Below are positions 1-9,335 of a DNA stretch of 64,000 nt, in pieces. The DNA lies in contig CALXQV010000043.1 of assembly GCA_944390535.1 (NCBI GenBank), forward strand, positions 7,056-71,055. The letters are read 5' to 3'. The DNA comes from an uncultured Clostridia bacterium (GTDB taxonomy: Bacteria > Bacillota > Clostridia > TANB77 > CAG-508). How positions within the stretch are numbered: the first letter of the stretch is position 1; each line of letters begins with the position of its first letter. The notes beneath the pieces are model-generated. The model saw only the letters and a list, made by a program, of their open reading frames with translations, was not told where the DNA came from and did no database searches. The position numbers and the translations under genes were made by a program.

Positions 1-390
1 ATCTAACTTTAAATCATTTTTTAAAGAGCGTAATTTTTCTTCTCCCCATTCATCATAGATTGTCATATAATACTTAGCATCTAGTGGTACATAATTATAT
101 ATTTTTTCTGGAAAATTTATTGGAAATGGAACTATATCAAATTCTTCTTGCTTTATTCCTGCCTCAGACATAGCATATTTTATACATTCCATTCTTTCAA
201 AATATGTAAGTGGATTTGCACTTTTGGTTGACCTATGAGGATTACTTGAAGTATATTTTGTCAACTCCACTTCTGGATTACAAATTCCTATAACCAAATG
301 TTCACATCTTTCTTTTCCAGCCAATAAGTATTTCATATGATCATTATGTAACAATTGAAATCTGCCATGTATAACCCCTACTTTATCCAT
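1..390 (-). CDS. cytidylyltransferase-like nucleotidyltransferase (NMN/NaMN adenylyltransferase-type), 3' end outside window
   Basis: Manual translation from ATG at 390: MDKVGVIHGRFQLLHNDHMKYLLAGKERCEHLVIGICNPE... The GRFQxxHxxH motif matches the (H/T)xGH nucleotidyltransferase signature. SD AAAGGAG lies ~8 nt upstream. The frame is open to position 1. Confidence 0.6.
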   Translation of the reverse strand, partial: MDKVGVIHGRFQLLHNDHMKYLLAGKERCEHLVIGICNPEVELTKYTSSNPHRSTKSANPLTYFERMECIKYAMSEAGIKQEEFDIVPFPINFPEKIYNYVPLDAKYYMTIYDEWGEEKLRSLKNDLKLD

Positions 391-496
391 TTTATTTTAA
401 GCTCCTTTCACTACATTATTTTATTTTATATTATATAGCATACGTTCTTCGTTGTAAAATGAATTTTTCATTTGCAGTTATTCGTTATAGTTATTT

Positions 497-1375
497 CTAA
501 TTAGCTATGAATCTATTTTTTATTATTTGTATAAACGTATTTAGATTATCGAATTTATTATCATTATTAATATATATTCCGAACTCAATTGGATTTATCG
601 TAAATTCTGTATCTAATATACATAAATTATTTTTTATTATTTCTTCAGAAACAAATTCTTTTGTAACTAAACCTATTCCTTTATTATTTTTTATAACTTC
701 AGCAATTGTTTTATAAGTAATATTTTTTATATTTTTTAAATCTTCATATTTACAATTTACTGATTCTAAAAAATTACGAGATGTTTCCGATGTTTGTCTT
801 GGCATATATATAGTAACATTTTTGATATCTTTTAATGTGACTTTTTTATTTTTCCATTTAGAATCTCCACTTGCTATTAGAATATCATTCCAATATCCCA
901 ATTTTAAAAATTTTATATTTTTGCTATGATTTTTTGCTTTTATTTTTTTTGAAAAAATAATGTCTAATTCTTTATTTTTTAACTCTGAAATCATCTGTTC
1001 ATTTTCGTGATTTATTACATTTATTTTAGATTTATTCTGCTTTATATAATATTCGCTTATACATTCACTAAAAATTGTATTTAATATTGTTGAATGAATA
1101 CCTAAATTAATATCTCTGATTCCACAATATTTAGATTCTATGTTTATCAATAAATTAGTAGCTTCTTTTATATCTTGATATAAAGATTGGCCTTCTTTTG
1201 TTAATATTACTCCATGATTGCTTCTTCTTAACAACTTTACTTGTAACATATTTTCTAAATTTTTTATATGTTTAGTAACAGCTGGTTGCGTTAAATTTAA
1301 TTTTATACTTGCTTTCGTTATATTTTTTTCATTTGCTACTGTTAAAAATATTTTATATAATTCTAAATTTACCAT
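497..1375 (-). CDS. LysR family transcriptional regulator
   Basis: 292 aa. N-terminal HTH (ITKASIKLNLTQPAVTKHIKNLE) plus a substrate-binding-type C-terminal half, typical LysR length. Confidence 0.85.
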   Translation of the reverse strand: MVNLELYKIFLTVANEKNITKASIKLNLTQPAVTKHIKNLENMLQVKLLRRSNHGVILTKEGQSLYQDIKEATNLLINIESKYCGIRDINLGIHSTILNTIFSECISEYYIKQNKSKINVINHENEQMISELKNKELDIIFSKKIKAKNHSKNIKFLKLGYWNDILIASGDSKWKNKKVTLKDIKNVTIYMPRQTSETSRNFLESVNCKYEDLKNIKNITYKTIAEVIKNNKGIGLVTKEFVSEEIIKNNLCILDTEFTINPIEFGIYINNDNKFDNLNTFIQIIKNRFIAN

Positions 1376-1589
1376 TATTCTCTCTCCCTTTTCTTATATT
1401 ATCTTACATACAATTTTAGAAAAAAATTTGAATAAATTTCTATTGCCATCTCTTCCCTTTTTGGTTGATTTTAGCATATTTTTCTATAAAAATAAAGCAA
1501 TTCTATACTTTACAATGTAACTTGCTTTTTTAACCATTTAAATACTATTCTTAATTATTGCTATGCTTTCATCTCTTCTAATTCCTTTT

Positions 1590-1815
1590 ACTGGGTATAC
1601 TTTTGTTCAGTTGTATTCTCGTAATAAGGTGGTTAAGGCTTATGCTTGCAAGCAATGTGTTTTTATATATTAAAAAGTCAGCATGACTTTCTAATATATA
1701 AATAAGAACCTGACCCGACATAGCAATCGAAGATTGCAGTCGGGTACCCCAGAACCTTGTTGTCTAAGACAATAAAAATAGACATCATAAAATCAAATTT
1801 TTGGTGTCTATTTAT
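1590..1815. ncRNA. candidate structured small RNA next to tcdA (6S-like possibility, unproven)
   Basis: 440-nt non-coding gap with several stable hairpins: TATATATTA..AGTCA-GCA-TGACT..TAATATATA, CCCGAC..GCAATC-GAA-GATTGC..GTCGGG, and GCTTGCAAGC. ACTGGGTA can pair with TACCCCAG as a closing helix, and a terminator hairpin ends the region. Strand and identity are unresolved. Confidence 0.25.
1776..1813. terminator. hairpin terminator, usable in both directions (3' of tcdA)
   Basis: 12-bp stem AAATAGACATCA/TGGTGTCTATTT with T-rich tracts on both strands immediately after the stem. Confidence 0.6.
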
Positions 1816-1818
1816 TGT

Positions 1819-2511
1819 TTATTTTTTTATTATATCTTTAATCACTTCACCTGCTATTATCATGCCTGCAACAGATGGAACAAAAGAAATACTCCCTGGT
1901 GTTCTAGCCTCATTAGTATGTTTTATTGGTTCTTCTTTAGAATATAACACTTTTAAATCTTGTATATTTCTTTTTTTCAATTCTTTTCTCATCACTTTTG
2001 CAAGCGGACATACTGTTGTTTTATAAATATCTGTTATTTCAAATCTGGTGGGATCTAATTTATTCCCTGTTCCCATACAAGAAATAATTGGAACTGTTTC
2101 CTCTTTTGCTTTTTCAATTAGTTTTAATTTGGTTGTCACCGTATCTACTGCATCTACTACATAATCGATACCATGATGAATTAGCATCTCTTCTCCATTT
2201 GTCATGTCTTGTGGCATATACGTTTCTACATTTACTCTTGGATTGATAGACAAAATCCTTTCTTTCATACAGTTTACTTTCATTTTCCCTATATTCTCAA
2301 CTGTACCATGAATTTGTCTATTTAAGTTACTAGGAGAAATCACATCATTATCTACTAAAATGATATTTTCTACTCCTGCTCTTATTAATCCCTCTACTAC
2401 AAACGAACCCACACCACCTATGCCATATACCATCACCTTGCTATTTGCTAATTTTTGTAGGTTCTCTTTTCCTATTAATAACGCTGTTCTTGATTTCCAA
2501 TCTTCTTCCAT
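1819..2511 (-). CDS. tcdA: tRNA threonylcarbamoyladenosine dehydratase (ThiF/E1-like)
   Basis: 230 aa. Rossmann motif VMVYGIGGVGSFVVEGLIRAGV and NLNRQIH, typical of TcdA/CsdL (YrvM). Confidence 0.85.
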   Translation of the reverse strand: MEEDWKSRTALLIGKENLQKLANSKVMVYGIGGVGSFVVEGLIRAGVENIILVDNDVISPSNLNRQIHGTVENIGKMKVNCMKERILSINPRVNVETYMPQDMTNGEEMLIHHGIDYVVDAVDTVTTKLKLIEKAKEETVPIISCMGTGNKLDPTRFEITDIYKTTVCPLAKVMRKELKKRNIQDLKVLYSKEEPIKHTNEARTPGSISFVPSVAGMIIAGEVIKDIIKK

Positions 2512-2525
2512 CTGCTTCTTCTTTC

Positions 2526-3389
2526 TTATTCTTTATTTTGTAATTGTGAAAGTTTATTAAATAACTTTTCACTATATTGTTTTTGTAAAAATAATCTTGC
2601 GACTTTTTTTACAATTTGCATATTAGCTATACTTCCGTCTTTAAACTCTATTCTAAGCTTATAGCTAATCAAACCTTTTTTTAATTTTTTTACTTGTATA
2701 TCCTCAAATTTTACACTGAATCCATTTTTTATAGATTTACTACTTAATTTTGATAATTCAAAGAAATATAATTTTTCCTCACCAAAATACAAAATATATT
2801 GTATATAGTTTGATAATGAGAAATATCCATATAAGAAATACTCTTTCATTGTTGGCACCATTTGTGCTAATACATAATTTTCTTCTTTTAAATGATTTAA
2901 TTTTAAAAATTCTCTAACTGTTTCTCCATTAAATTTTCCTAAATTAAATTCTTTTATTTCTATTTTTTCTCCCTCAATAAATCCACTTGTATCTGTTTCT
3001 TCTACTGCCATATTTTCTTTCAATTTCGTAACTTCTTTTTTAGCTCTAAAAAATCCAATAACAGCTCCCACACCATATATGATTACTAATAAAATATTCA
3101 ATCTAAAATTGAAAAGGTAAATTACAATATATAATATGATATTTGTAATCATAAAATATCGATTAAATGTTTTTTTAAATAATACTTTTTTACTTCTTTT
3201 AGAAAGTTTACCCGCTATCATACCTCCTAATATAGGGGATAAAAACAGCATGATAAAGGTTGGGATATATGCTCCACTGGTGGCATATAAAACCATAATG
3301 GTAGCAATCATTAATAACTCTGTAAATACGATTAAAGATGCTCCATATCTTAATAAAAAAGAACTTTGTGTTGTTTCTATTGTACTCAA
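2526..3389 (-). CDS. membrane protein of unknown function (4 predicted TM helices plus a soluble C-terminal domain)
   Basis: 287-aa ORF with a hydrophobic N-terminal half and a charged C-terminal half. No family recognised. Confidence 0.6.
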   Translation of the reverse strand: MSTIETTQSSFLLRYGASLIVFTELLMIATIMVLYATSGAYIPTFIMLFLSPILGGMIAGKLSKRSKKVLFKKTFNRYFMITNIILYIVIYLFNFRLNILLVIIYGVGAVIGFFRAKKEVTKLKENMAVEETDTSGFIEGEKIEIKEFNLGKFNGETVREFLKLNHLKEENYVLAQMVPTMKEYFLYGYFSLSNYIQYILYFGEEKLYFFELSKLSSKSIKNGFSVKFEDIQVKKLKKGLISYKLRIEFKDGSIANMQIVKKVARLFLQKQYSEKLFNKLSQLQNKE

Positions 3390-3519
3390 CTCCTTTTTTG
3401 TTTTTTATCATTTTATACTATTCTAATTGCTTTGTAAATAGTTTTCTATATAACATTGATTATTCCACATTCCTATTATATAATGCATTTATTAAAACAT
3501 ACAAATAAAGGAGCTTTTC

Positions 3520-5124
3520 ATGTTAAGAATTCAAAATATAAAAATCAGGAAAAATCTATCTGAAAAAGAATTAATCGATTTTGTGCTTGATAAATATCAT
3601 ATTCATTCATCTGACATGTTAAAATGGAATATTTTTAAAAAGTCTATTGATGCTAGAAAAAAAGAAGATATCTTTTTCAATTATACGATTGATATAGAAG
3701 TAAAAGATGAATCCAAATACCCCCATATTTTAAAAGTCGAACTATCAGATATTGAACAAGATATAAAAAAACAGATTTCAATAAATGCTTTACATTCTTT
3801 AAAAGCTTGTCCTTCTCCTGTCATTGTTGGTGCAGGTCCAGCAGGCTTGTTTTGTGCTTTAACACTTGTACAACATGGTATATGTCCTACCATTGTCGAG
3901 CAAGGAAAAACAGTAGAAGATAGGCAAAAAGATGTAGATTCTTTTTTACATCACACCTGCTTAAATCCATTTTCTAATGTACAATTTGGTGAAGGTGGTG
4001 CTGGTACTTTTTCTGATGGAAAATTAACAACTGGAATTCATAACCCTTTATGTCAAAAGGTTTTAAAAGAATTTGTTCAATTTGGTGCACCTGAAGAAAT
4101 TTTATATGTATCCAAACCACATATTGGCACAGATAAATTAATTACGATTATTAGAAATATGAGAAATTATATATTATCAAAAGGTGGTAAATTTTATTTC
4201 AATACAAAATTTATCAATTTTACTACCAAAAATAATCGTATCTGTTCTGTACAATTAGAAAACTTAGAAAACCATACAATCTTTGAACTGTCTACCAATC
4301 ATCTTATCTTAGCAATTGGTCATAGTTCTAGAGATACTTTTGCGTTATTACATCAAAAGGGAATTGAAATGGAAAAGAAAAATTTTTCTGTGGGTGTTAG
4401 AATTGAACACCTACAAGAACATATTAATATAGCACAATATGGGAAACATCCAAAATTACAATTACCTCCTGCTGAATATAAATTAGCATATCATTCTCCA
4501 AGCGGTCGTTCTTGTTATACATTTTGTATGTGTCCTGGAGGAACAGTCATTGCTTCTTCTAGTGAAAAAAATACCATTGTTACGAATGGTATGAGTACCT
4601 ATTTACGAAATGGTAAAAATGCAAATTCTGCTTTATTGGTAAATGTAACACCTGAAGACTTTACAGATACTTCTCCTTTGGCTGGTATTTACTTCCAAAA
4701 AGATTTAGAAGAAAAAGCATTTGTATTAGGTGGTTCAAATTATCATGCACCTATACAAAGAGTAGAAGACTTTTTAAATAATCAAACATCTTCTACTCTG
4801 GGGTTGGTCACACCTTCTTATTTACCTGGAACCACTTTATCAAACTTAAATGATATTCTTCCAAATTTTGTTTCTACTACATTAAAGGAAGGTATCCTAT
4901 ATTTTGATAAACGATTAAAAGGATTTGCTCACCCTGACAGTATTTTAACTGGTGTTGAAACGAGAAGTTCTTCTCCTGTAAAAATTCCTAGAAATGTCCA
5001 GTTTGTATCTAATATAGAAGGCATATATCCTTGTGGAGAAGGTGCAGGATATGCAGGCGGTATCATGTCTGCCGCAGTTGATGGAATTAAGACAAGTTTA
5101 TCTATTTTAGGGGCTATGAATTAG
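3520..5124 (+). CDS. NAD(P)/FAD-dependent oxidoreductase (COG2509-type uncharacterised FAD dehydrogenase)
   Basis: 534 aa. Dinucleotide-binding motif VIVGAGPAGLFCAL and C-terminal GEGAGYAGGI. SD AAAGGAG precedes the ATG. Confidence 0.8.
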   Translation: MLRIQNIKIRKNLSEKELIDFVLDKYHIHSSDMLKWNIFKKSIDARKKEDIFFNYTIDIEVKDESKYPHILKVELSDIEQDIKKQISINALHSLKACPSPVIVGAGPAGLFCALTLVQHGICPTIVEQGKTVEDRQKDVDSFLHHTCLNPFSNVQFGEGGAGTFSDGKLTTGIHNPLCQKVLKEFVQFGAPEEILYVSKPHIGTDKLITIIRNMRNYILSKGGKFYFNTKFINFTTKNNRICSVQLENLENHTIFELSTNHLILAIGHSSRDTFALLHQKGIEMEKKNFSVGVRIEHLQEHINIAQYGKHPKLQLPPAEYKLAYHSPSGRSCYTFCMCPGGTVIASSSEKNTIVTNGMSTYLRNGKNANSALLVNVTPEDFTDTSPLAGIYFQKDLEEKAFVLGGSNYHAPIQRVEDFLNNQTSSTLGLVTPSYLPGTTLSNLNDILPNFVSTTLKEGILYFDKRLKGFAHPDSILTGVETRSSSPVKIPRNVQFVSNIEGIYPCGEGAGYAGGIMSAAVDGIKTSLSILGAMN

Positions 5125-6259
5125 CCCTGATTTCTTTTACGATATTTGTTAAAGTCTCTACCAAATATTGGACATCTTCTTTGGTATTTTCTTCTCCAAA
5201 AGTGACACGTAATGTTCCATCGGCAAATTCATTTGTTAAACCAATAGCTGTTAATACATGTGATGGCATACTACTTCCTGAGGAACAAGCACTTCCAGCA
5301 GATGCACATATTCCTTTTTCATCCAATTTCATTAGTAATTCACTACCATTTATTCCCTTAAACGATATATTACTATTTCCTGGCAATCGATATTCCATAG
5401 AACCATTTATTTTGATGTCTGGAATTTGCTGTTGTATTTGAGAAAAATAGAAATCTCTTAATTCTTTTAATTTATGAATGTGAAGTTCCATATCTTCTTT
5501 TGCAATTTTACAAGCTTCTCCTAGTCCAACCATTCCTGGTACATTTTCGGTTCCTGCTCTTTTATCTCTTTCTTGATGTCCTCCATCTATCAAGTTTTTA
5601 AACGCTATCTGTTGATTAACATATAATGCTCCTATCCCTTTTGGTGCACCTATTTTGTGTCCTGATAAAGATAACATGTCAATATTCATTTCTTTTACAT
5701 CAATCTTCACATTTCCACAAGCTTGCACTGCATCTGTATGAAACATAATCCCTTTTTCTTTTGTGATTTTTCCTATTTTTTCTATTGGTTCAATTGTTCC
5801 AATTTCATTATTTGCAAACATAATACTAATTAATACGGTATCTTTTGTTATGGCATTTACCAATTCCTCTATACGAATTCTTCCCTCTTTATCAACATTT
5901 AAATATGTGACTTGAAATCCATTTTCTTCTAATGTTTTACAAGTATTTAATATCGCATGATGTTCTATTTTTGTGGTAATGACATGTTTTCCTCTATTTT
6001 CATTTAAATACATAATTCCTTTTAAAGCTGTATTATCACTTTCTGTTCCACCACTTGTAAAGTAAATTTCATTTTTATCACAATTGATTAAATCTGCCAC
6101 TTGTTTTCTGGCTTGTTCTATTCCTACTTTTGCTGTTCTTCCTAGTGTATATAGTGATGATGGATTTCCATATGCCTCTACAAAATATGGAAACATTTTA
6201 TCCACCACCTGTTTTTTTACCTTTGTTGTTGCTGCATGATCAAAATATCTTATTTTCAT
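5114..6259 (-). CDS. nifS: cysteine desulfurase (NifS/IscS class V aminotransferase)
   Basis: 381 aa. PLP-lysine motif SLSGHKIGAPKG and active-site loop SAGSACSSG. Confidence 0.9.
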   Translation of the reverse strand: MKIRYFDHAATTKVKKQVVDKMFPYFVEAYGNPSSLYTLGRTAKVGIEQARKQVADLINCDKNEIYFTSGGTESDNTALKGIMYLNENRGKHVITTKIEHHAILNTCKTLEENGFQVTYLNVDKEGRIRIEELVNAITKDTVLISIMFANNEIGTIEPIEKIGKITKEKGIMFHTDAVQACGNVKIDVKEMNIDMLSLSGHKIGAPKGIGALYVNQQIAFKNLIDGGHQERDKRAGTENVPGMVGLGEACKIAKEDMELHIHKLKELRDFYFSQIQQQIPDIKINGSMEYRLPGNSNISFKGINGSELLMKLDEKGICASAGSACSSGSSMPSHVLTAIGLTNEFADGTLRVTFGEENTKEDVQYLVETLTNIVKEIRANS

Positions 6260-6340
6260 TTTTATTCTTCCTTTCTCATTTACAAAAAGGTTAAAATTTT
6301 AACTTTTAACCTTTTCAAAAAACTCCTATCCTATTTTATG

Positions 6341-7204
6341 CTAATTTTCTTTGATTATTTCTTTTATTTTATTGATTTCCTTTCTAGTTGTTTCATATCC
6401 ATATTGATAGCAACTATCTAGCTTTTTTATATCTAATAATCCTGTTTTATCTGTTCCAATAGTTAAGATATAATCACTTTGTTTTAAATTTTCTTCTGCT
6501 ATTTTGTTTCCCATTAAATCAATTGTCCTCATGGCTATATCCATATAATTACTATCTTCTGTTATATCATCTGCCTTAAAATTAACGGCTAGTACTTTTT
6601 CCATTCCCTGCTTTTTTACTTCTAATACTGGCACATTATTCAATGCGCCTCCATCTAGAAATTTATGTTCTTTAAAATCACATGGGCAAAATACTGCTGG
6701 AAAACTACTTGTCGCTCTTAGTGCTTTTCCAATACTGATGTCTCCTATATATTTTTTATATGCATTTTTTTCTTTTGGGATATGATTTGTAAAAATATAT
6801 TCTTTTCCATCTTTTATATCTACCGCTGGTATCGATATCGGTATTTTTTTAATCTGGGAAATTGTTTTGATTCCTTTTTCTCTTGCTAACACATTAAAAA
6901 GCTCCTCAATATCTTCTCCTTTTCTAAAGCCTGCATTCTCCTTTTTGAATACTTGACTAATTTGTGAAAATACTGAATTTGAAGTAGTTCCCACTATCTT
7001 TTTAGCATATTTCTTGAATAAAAAATAAATATCTTCTGGAGAATATCCTAAGGCATATAGTCCTGCAATTAATGCCCCTGAACTCGTTCCTCCAATGGCT
7101 TCTATTTTGATACCACTTTCCTCTAAGGCTTTTAACACACCTGCATGAGCAATTCCTCTAATTCCTCCTCCTGATAACGCAATCCCTAATTTCACTTTTT
7201 TCAC
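6341..7204 (-). CDS. patatin-like phospholipase family protein
   Basis: 287 aa. Oxyanion GGGIRG, nucleophile GTSSG and a DGG motif. Confidence 0.85.
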   Translation of the reverse strand: MKKVKLGIALSGGGIRGIAHAGVLKALEESGIKIEAIGGTSSGALIAGLYALGYSPEDIYFLFKKYAKKIVGTTSNSVFSQISQVFKKENAGFRKGEDIEELFNVLAREKGIKTISQIKKIPISIPAVDIKDGKEYIFTNHIPKEKNAYKKYIGDISIGKALRATSSFPAVFCPCDFKEHKFLDGGALNNVPVLEVKKQGMEKVLAVNFKADDITEDSNYMDIAMRTIDLMGNKIAEENLKQSDYILTIGTDKTGLLDIKKLDSCYQYGYETTRKEINKIKEIIKEN

Positions 7205-7347
7205 CTTTTCTCTTTTTTATATAGTATTGCCTATTTATGCTATTTTTAATCAGATGTTCTCATGTAGTTTTATCATTTTTCTAATTTTGGAATTTGTTAA
7301 TCAATAATTCATAAATTCAAGAATAACTCTTTACATATATTTCGAAA

Positions 7348-7526
7348 AAACATCCCACTTCTCCTATGTATATATATTATATTTTAAGCGGGTTTCGTGG
7401 GGACCGACACACTACATACTCTTATTAAATCAGTGACAGTCCCGTGGGAACTGATTTGATTAGAGTATGTAAAGTGTTGGGATAGCGAAAAATATAATAT
7501 ATATACATAGGAAAATTGGGATGTTT
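7348..7526. repeat. long-hairpin intergenic repeat, family B, copy 1
   Basis: The ~139-nt core (7368-7506) is near-identical to 57876-58014. It is flanked by copy-specific 20-nt inverted arms (7348-7367 / 7507-7526, 2 mismatches). Confidence 0.8.
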
Positions 7527-7581
7527 AAATGGTGAATGTAACTAGAAATTCATGTACAAAAAAATAGATTCAAAATTGAAT

Positions 7582-9321
7582 CTATTTTGTATAGTAAAAC
7601 TCTCCATATCCATATTCTACTTTATAATACTCTTTTATAAACTCTGGTTCTTTTACTCCATTTAATGTATAGGTTGGCTCTACAATGACTTCACCCTTAG
7701 CATTTATCACACCCCATTTGCCATCTAATTTTATTCCTGCATATCCATAAGAATTTAAGTCTGTTGCTTTATCATAGATGTAATCTACTACTACGTTTCC
7801 AGACTTATCAACAAATCCCCATTTTCCTTCTTGAGATTTTGCATAAATTTCATGATTAGATAGTATGTCTGTGTTTTCTTTTTCTTTTCCTTCTAAGTCA
7901 AAATACCTTGTTTCCGTACTATTATATACTTTCACATAGTTTTCTTCTACTTGAACAACTGCATTTGTCATATCACATAATTGTTCAAATTCTTTATTAT
8001 ATACTTGTGTAGAATTGTTTTCTGATAGTCTTGTAACAATATAATCTGTCCCTTCTACTTTTTCTATGGAATCATATTGTATTTCTATCATTGGCTCTTC
8101 TTTATCATTAATAACACCTACTTTTCCTCCTGTTAGAGAAACAATGAAATCGTTGTCATATAAATAATTAATGTATGCATAATTTTGTTTTGTTATTTGT
8201 TTTCCCTCTTTGTCAAGAATACTATATACAGAACCTTGTGTGCTATCTATTTTTATTTGATAATTTTCATTTGCTGTTTCTAGTATATATACATTGCTTT
8301 CTATTTCTGCTAGATTCCCATCTTCTTGATATACTTCTACATTTCCTTCTGCATTAGTTGCATATATATACTTTCCTGTGCTATCAATTTGTGAAAACTC
8401 TACTGGTATGATAACGTTTCCCTCTAAAGTTGCTACACCATATCGTTTTGTTTTTTCTAATGTTAAGGTATTGCTTTCACTATTATATGATATGGATTGA
8501 TATCCATTTTCTATCATTTGTTCTTGATTTTTTACCATTCCATATTGCCCATTTTGTGCGACAATAAGGTATATATTGTTATCATCTTTTATATTCATGA
8601 TTCTAGAAACTTCGGTATATTCTGGTTCTAGCAAGACATTCCCATCAATATCCACATATCCATGTCGATATCCATTTTCTGTTGTATTAGAAACAATGTA
8701 TCCTGCACGTTTATATCCTTGCTCCTCTGTTGTATAATTATCTACTGCAATTTGGTCGTATTCTGGCTTTACTAATGTATTTCCTTTGTTATTGATGACA
8801 CCATATTTTTCTTCAAACTGTACTAATAATTCTCCTTCTTTATATGGTAGACCTTCTATCGATTCATAAATCGGTTGTGTGATAACTTTTCCTTCTAAAT
8901 TAATTAGTCCTACTTTTTCATCTTTTACATATGTTAATAGATTTTTTTCATACATTAAATCACTTGCAATATTTTTCAAACTGATTGGTTCTATTTGTGC
9001 ATATTCTGAAAATATTTGTTCATGATTTTGATTCAATACTTTTGTATCATGATTTTCATCATAGCATATAAAGACTGCCTTTTGTGGATTTGGTATAATG
9101 ACATTTGCATATTCTGGCTGAATAACAGTATCTCCATTTTTATTGATAACACCATATTTTCCATCTTGTCTTAATACGAAATACGCATAATCTTCAACTG
9201 AAATTTTTTCAATTTCATATTCTCTTCCATTTTTTTCGATTTGTTTATATATAAACCAACCTGCAATAGCAATCATGACTAACAAAACAATTACTATCAT
9301 GGCTATATTTTTTTTCTTCAT
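7582..9321 (-). CDS. WG (KWG) repeat-containing membrane-anchored protein
   Basis: 579 aa. N-terminal TM helix, then many repeats of the type DGKYGVINKNGDTVIQPEY / KWGFVDKSGNVVVDYIYD. Confidence 0.8.
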   Translation of the reverse strand: MKKKNIAMIVIVLLVMIAIAGWFIYKQIEKNGREYEIEKISVEDYAYFVLRQDGKYGVINKNGDTVIQPEYANVIIPNPQKAVFICYDENHDTKVLNQNHEQIFSEYAQIEPISLKNIASDLMYEKNLLTYVKDEKVGLINLEGKVITQPIYESIEGLPYKEGELLVQFEEKYGVINNKGNTLVKPEYDQIAVDNYTTEEQGYKRAGYIVSNTTENGYRHGYVDIDGNVLLEPEYTEVSRIMNIKDDNNIYLIVAQNGQYGMVKNQEQMIENGYQSISYNSESNTLTLEKTKRYGVATLEGNVIIPVEFSQIDSTGKYIYATNAEGNVEVYQEDGNLAEIESNVYILETANENYQIKIDSTQGSVYSILDKEGKQITKQNYAYINYLYDNDFIVSLTGGKVGVINDKEEPMIEIQYDSIEKVEGTDYIVTRLSENNSTQVYNKEFEQLCDMTNAVVQVEENYVKVYNSTETRYFDLEGKEKENTDILSNHEIYAKSQEGKWGFVDKSGNVVVDYIYDKATDLNSYGYAGIKLDGKWGVINAKGEVIVEPTYTLNGVKEPEFIKEYYKVEYGYGEFYYTK

Positions 9322-9335
9322 ATTGATTCCCTACC

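Noticed and set aside
1590-1815. Possibility that the structured region is SRP RNA, tmRNA or RNase P RNA
   Set aside because: None of the hallmark motifs is present on either strand. These are GUCAGGUCCGGAAGGAAGCAGC-type helix 8 for SRP, a GGGG...ACCA tRNA-like end for tmRNA and GAGGAAAGUCC for RNase P. The region is also too short for RNase P or tmRNA.
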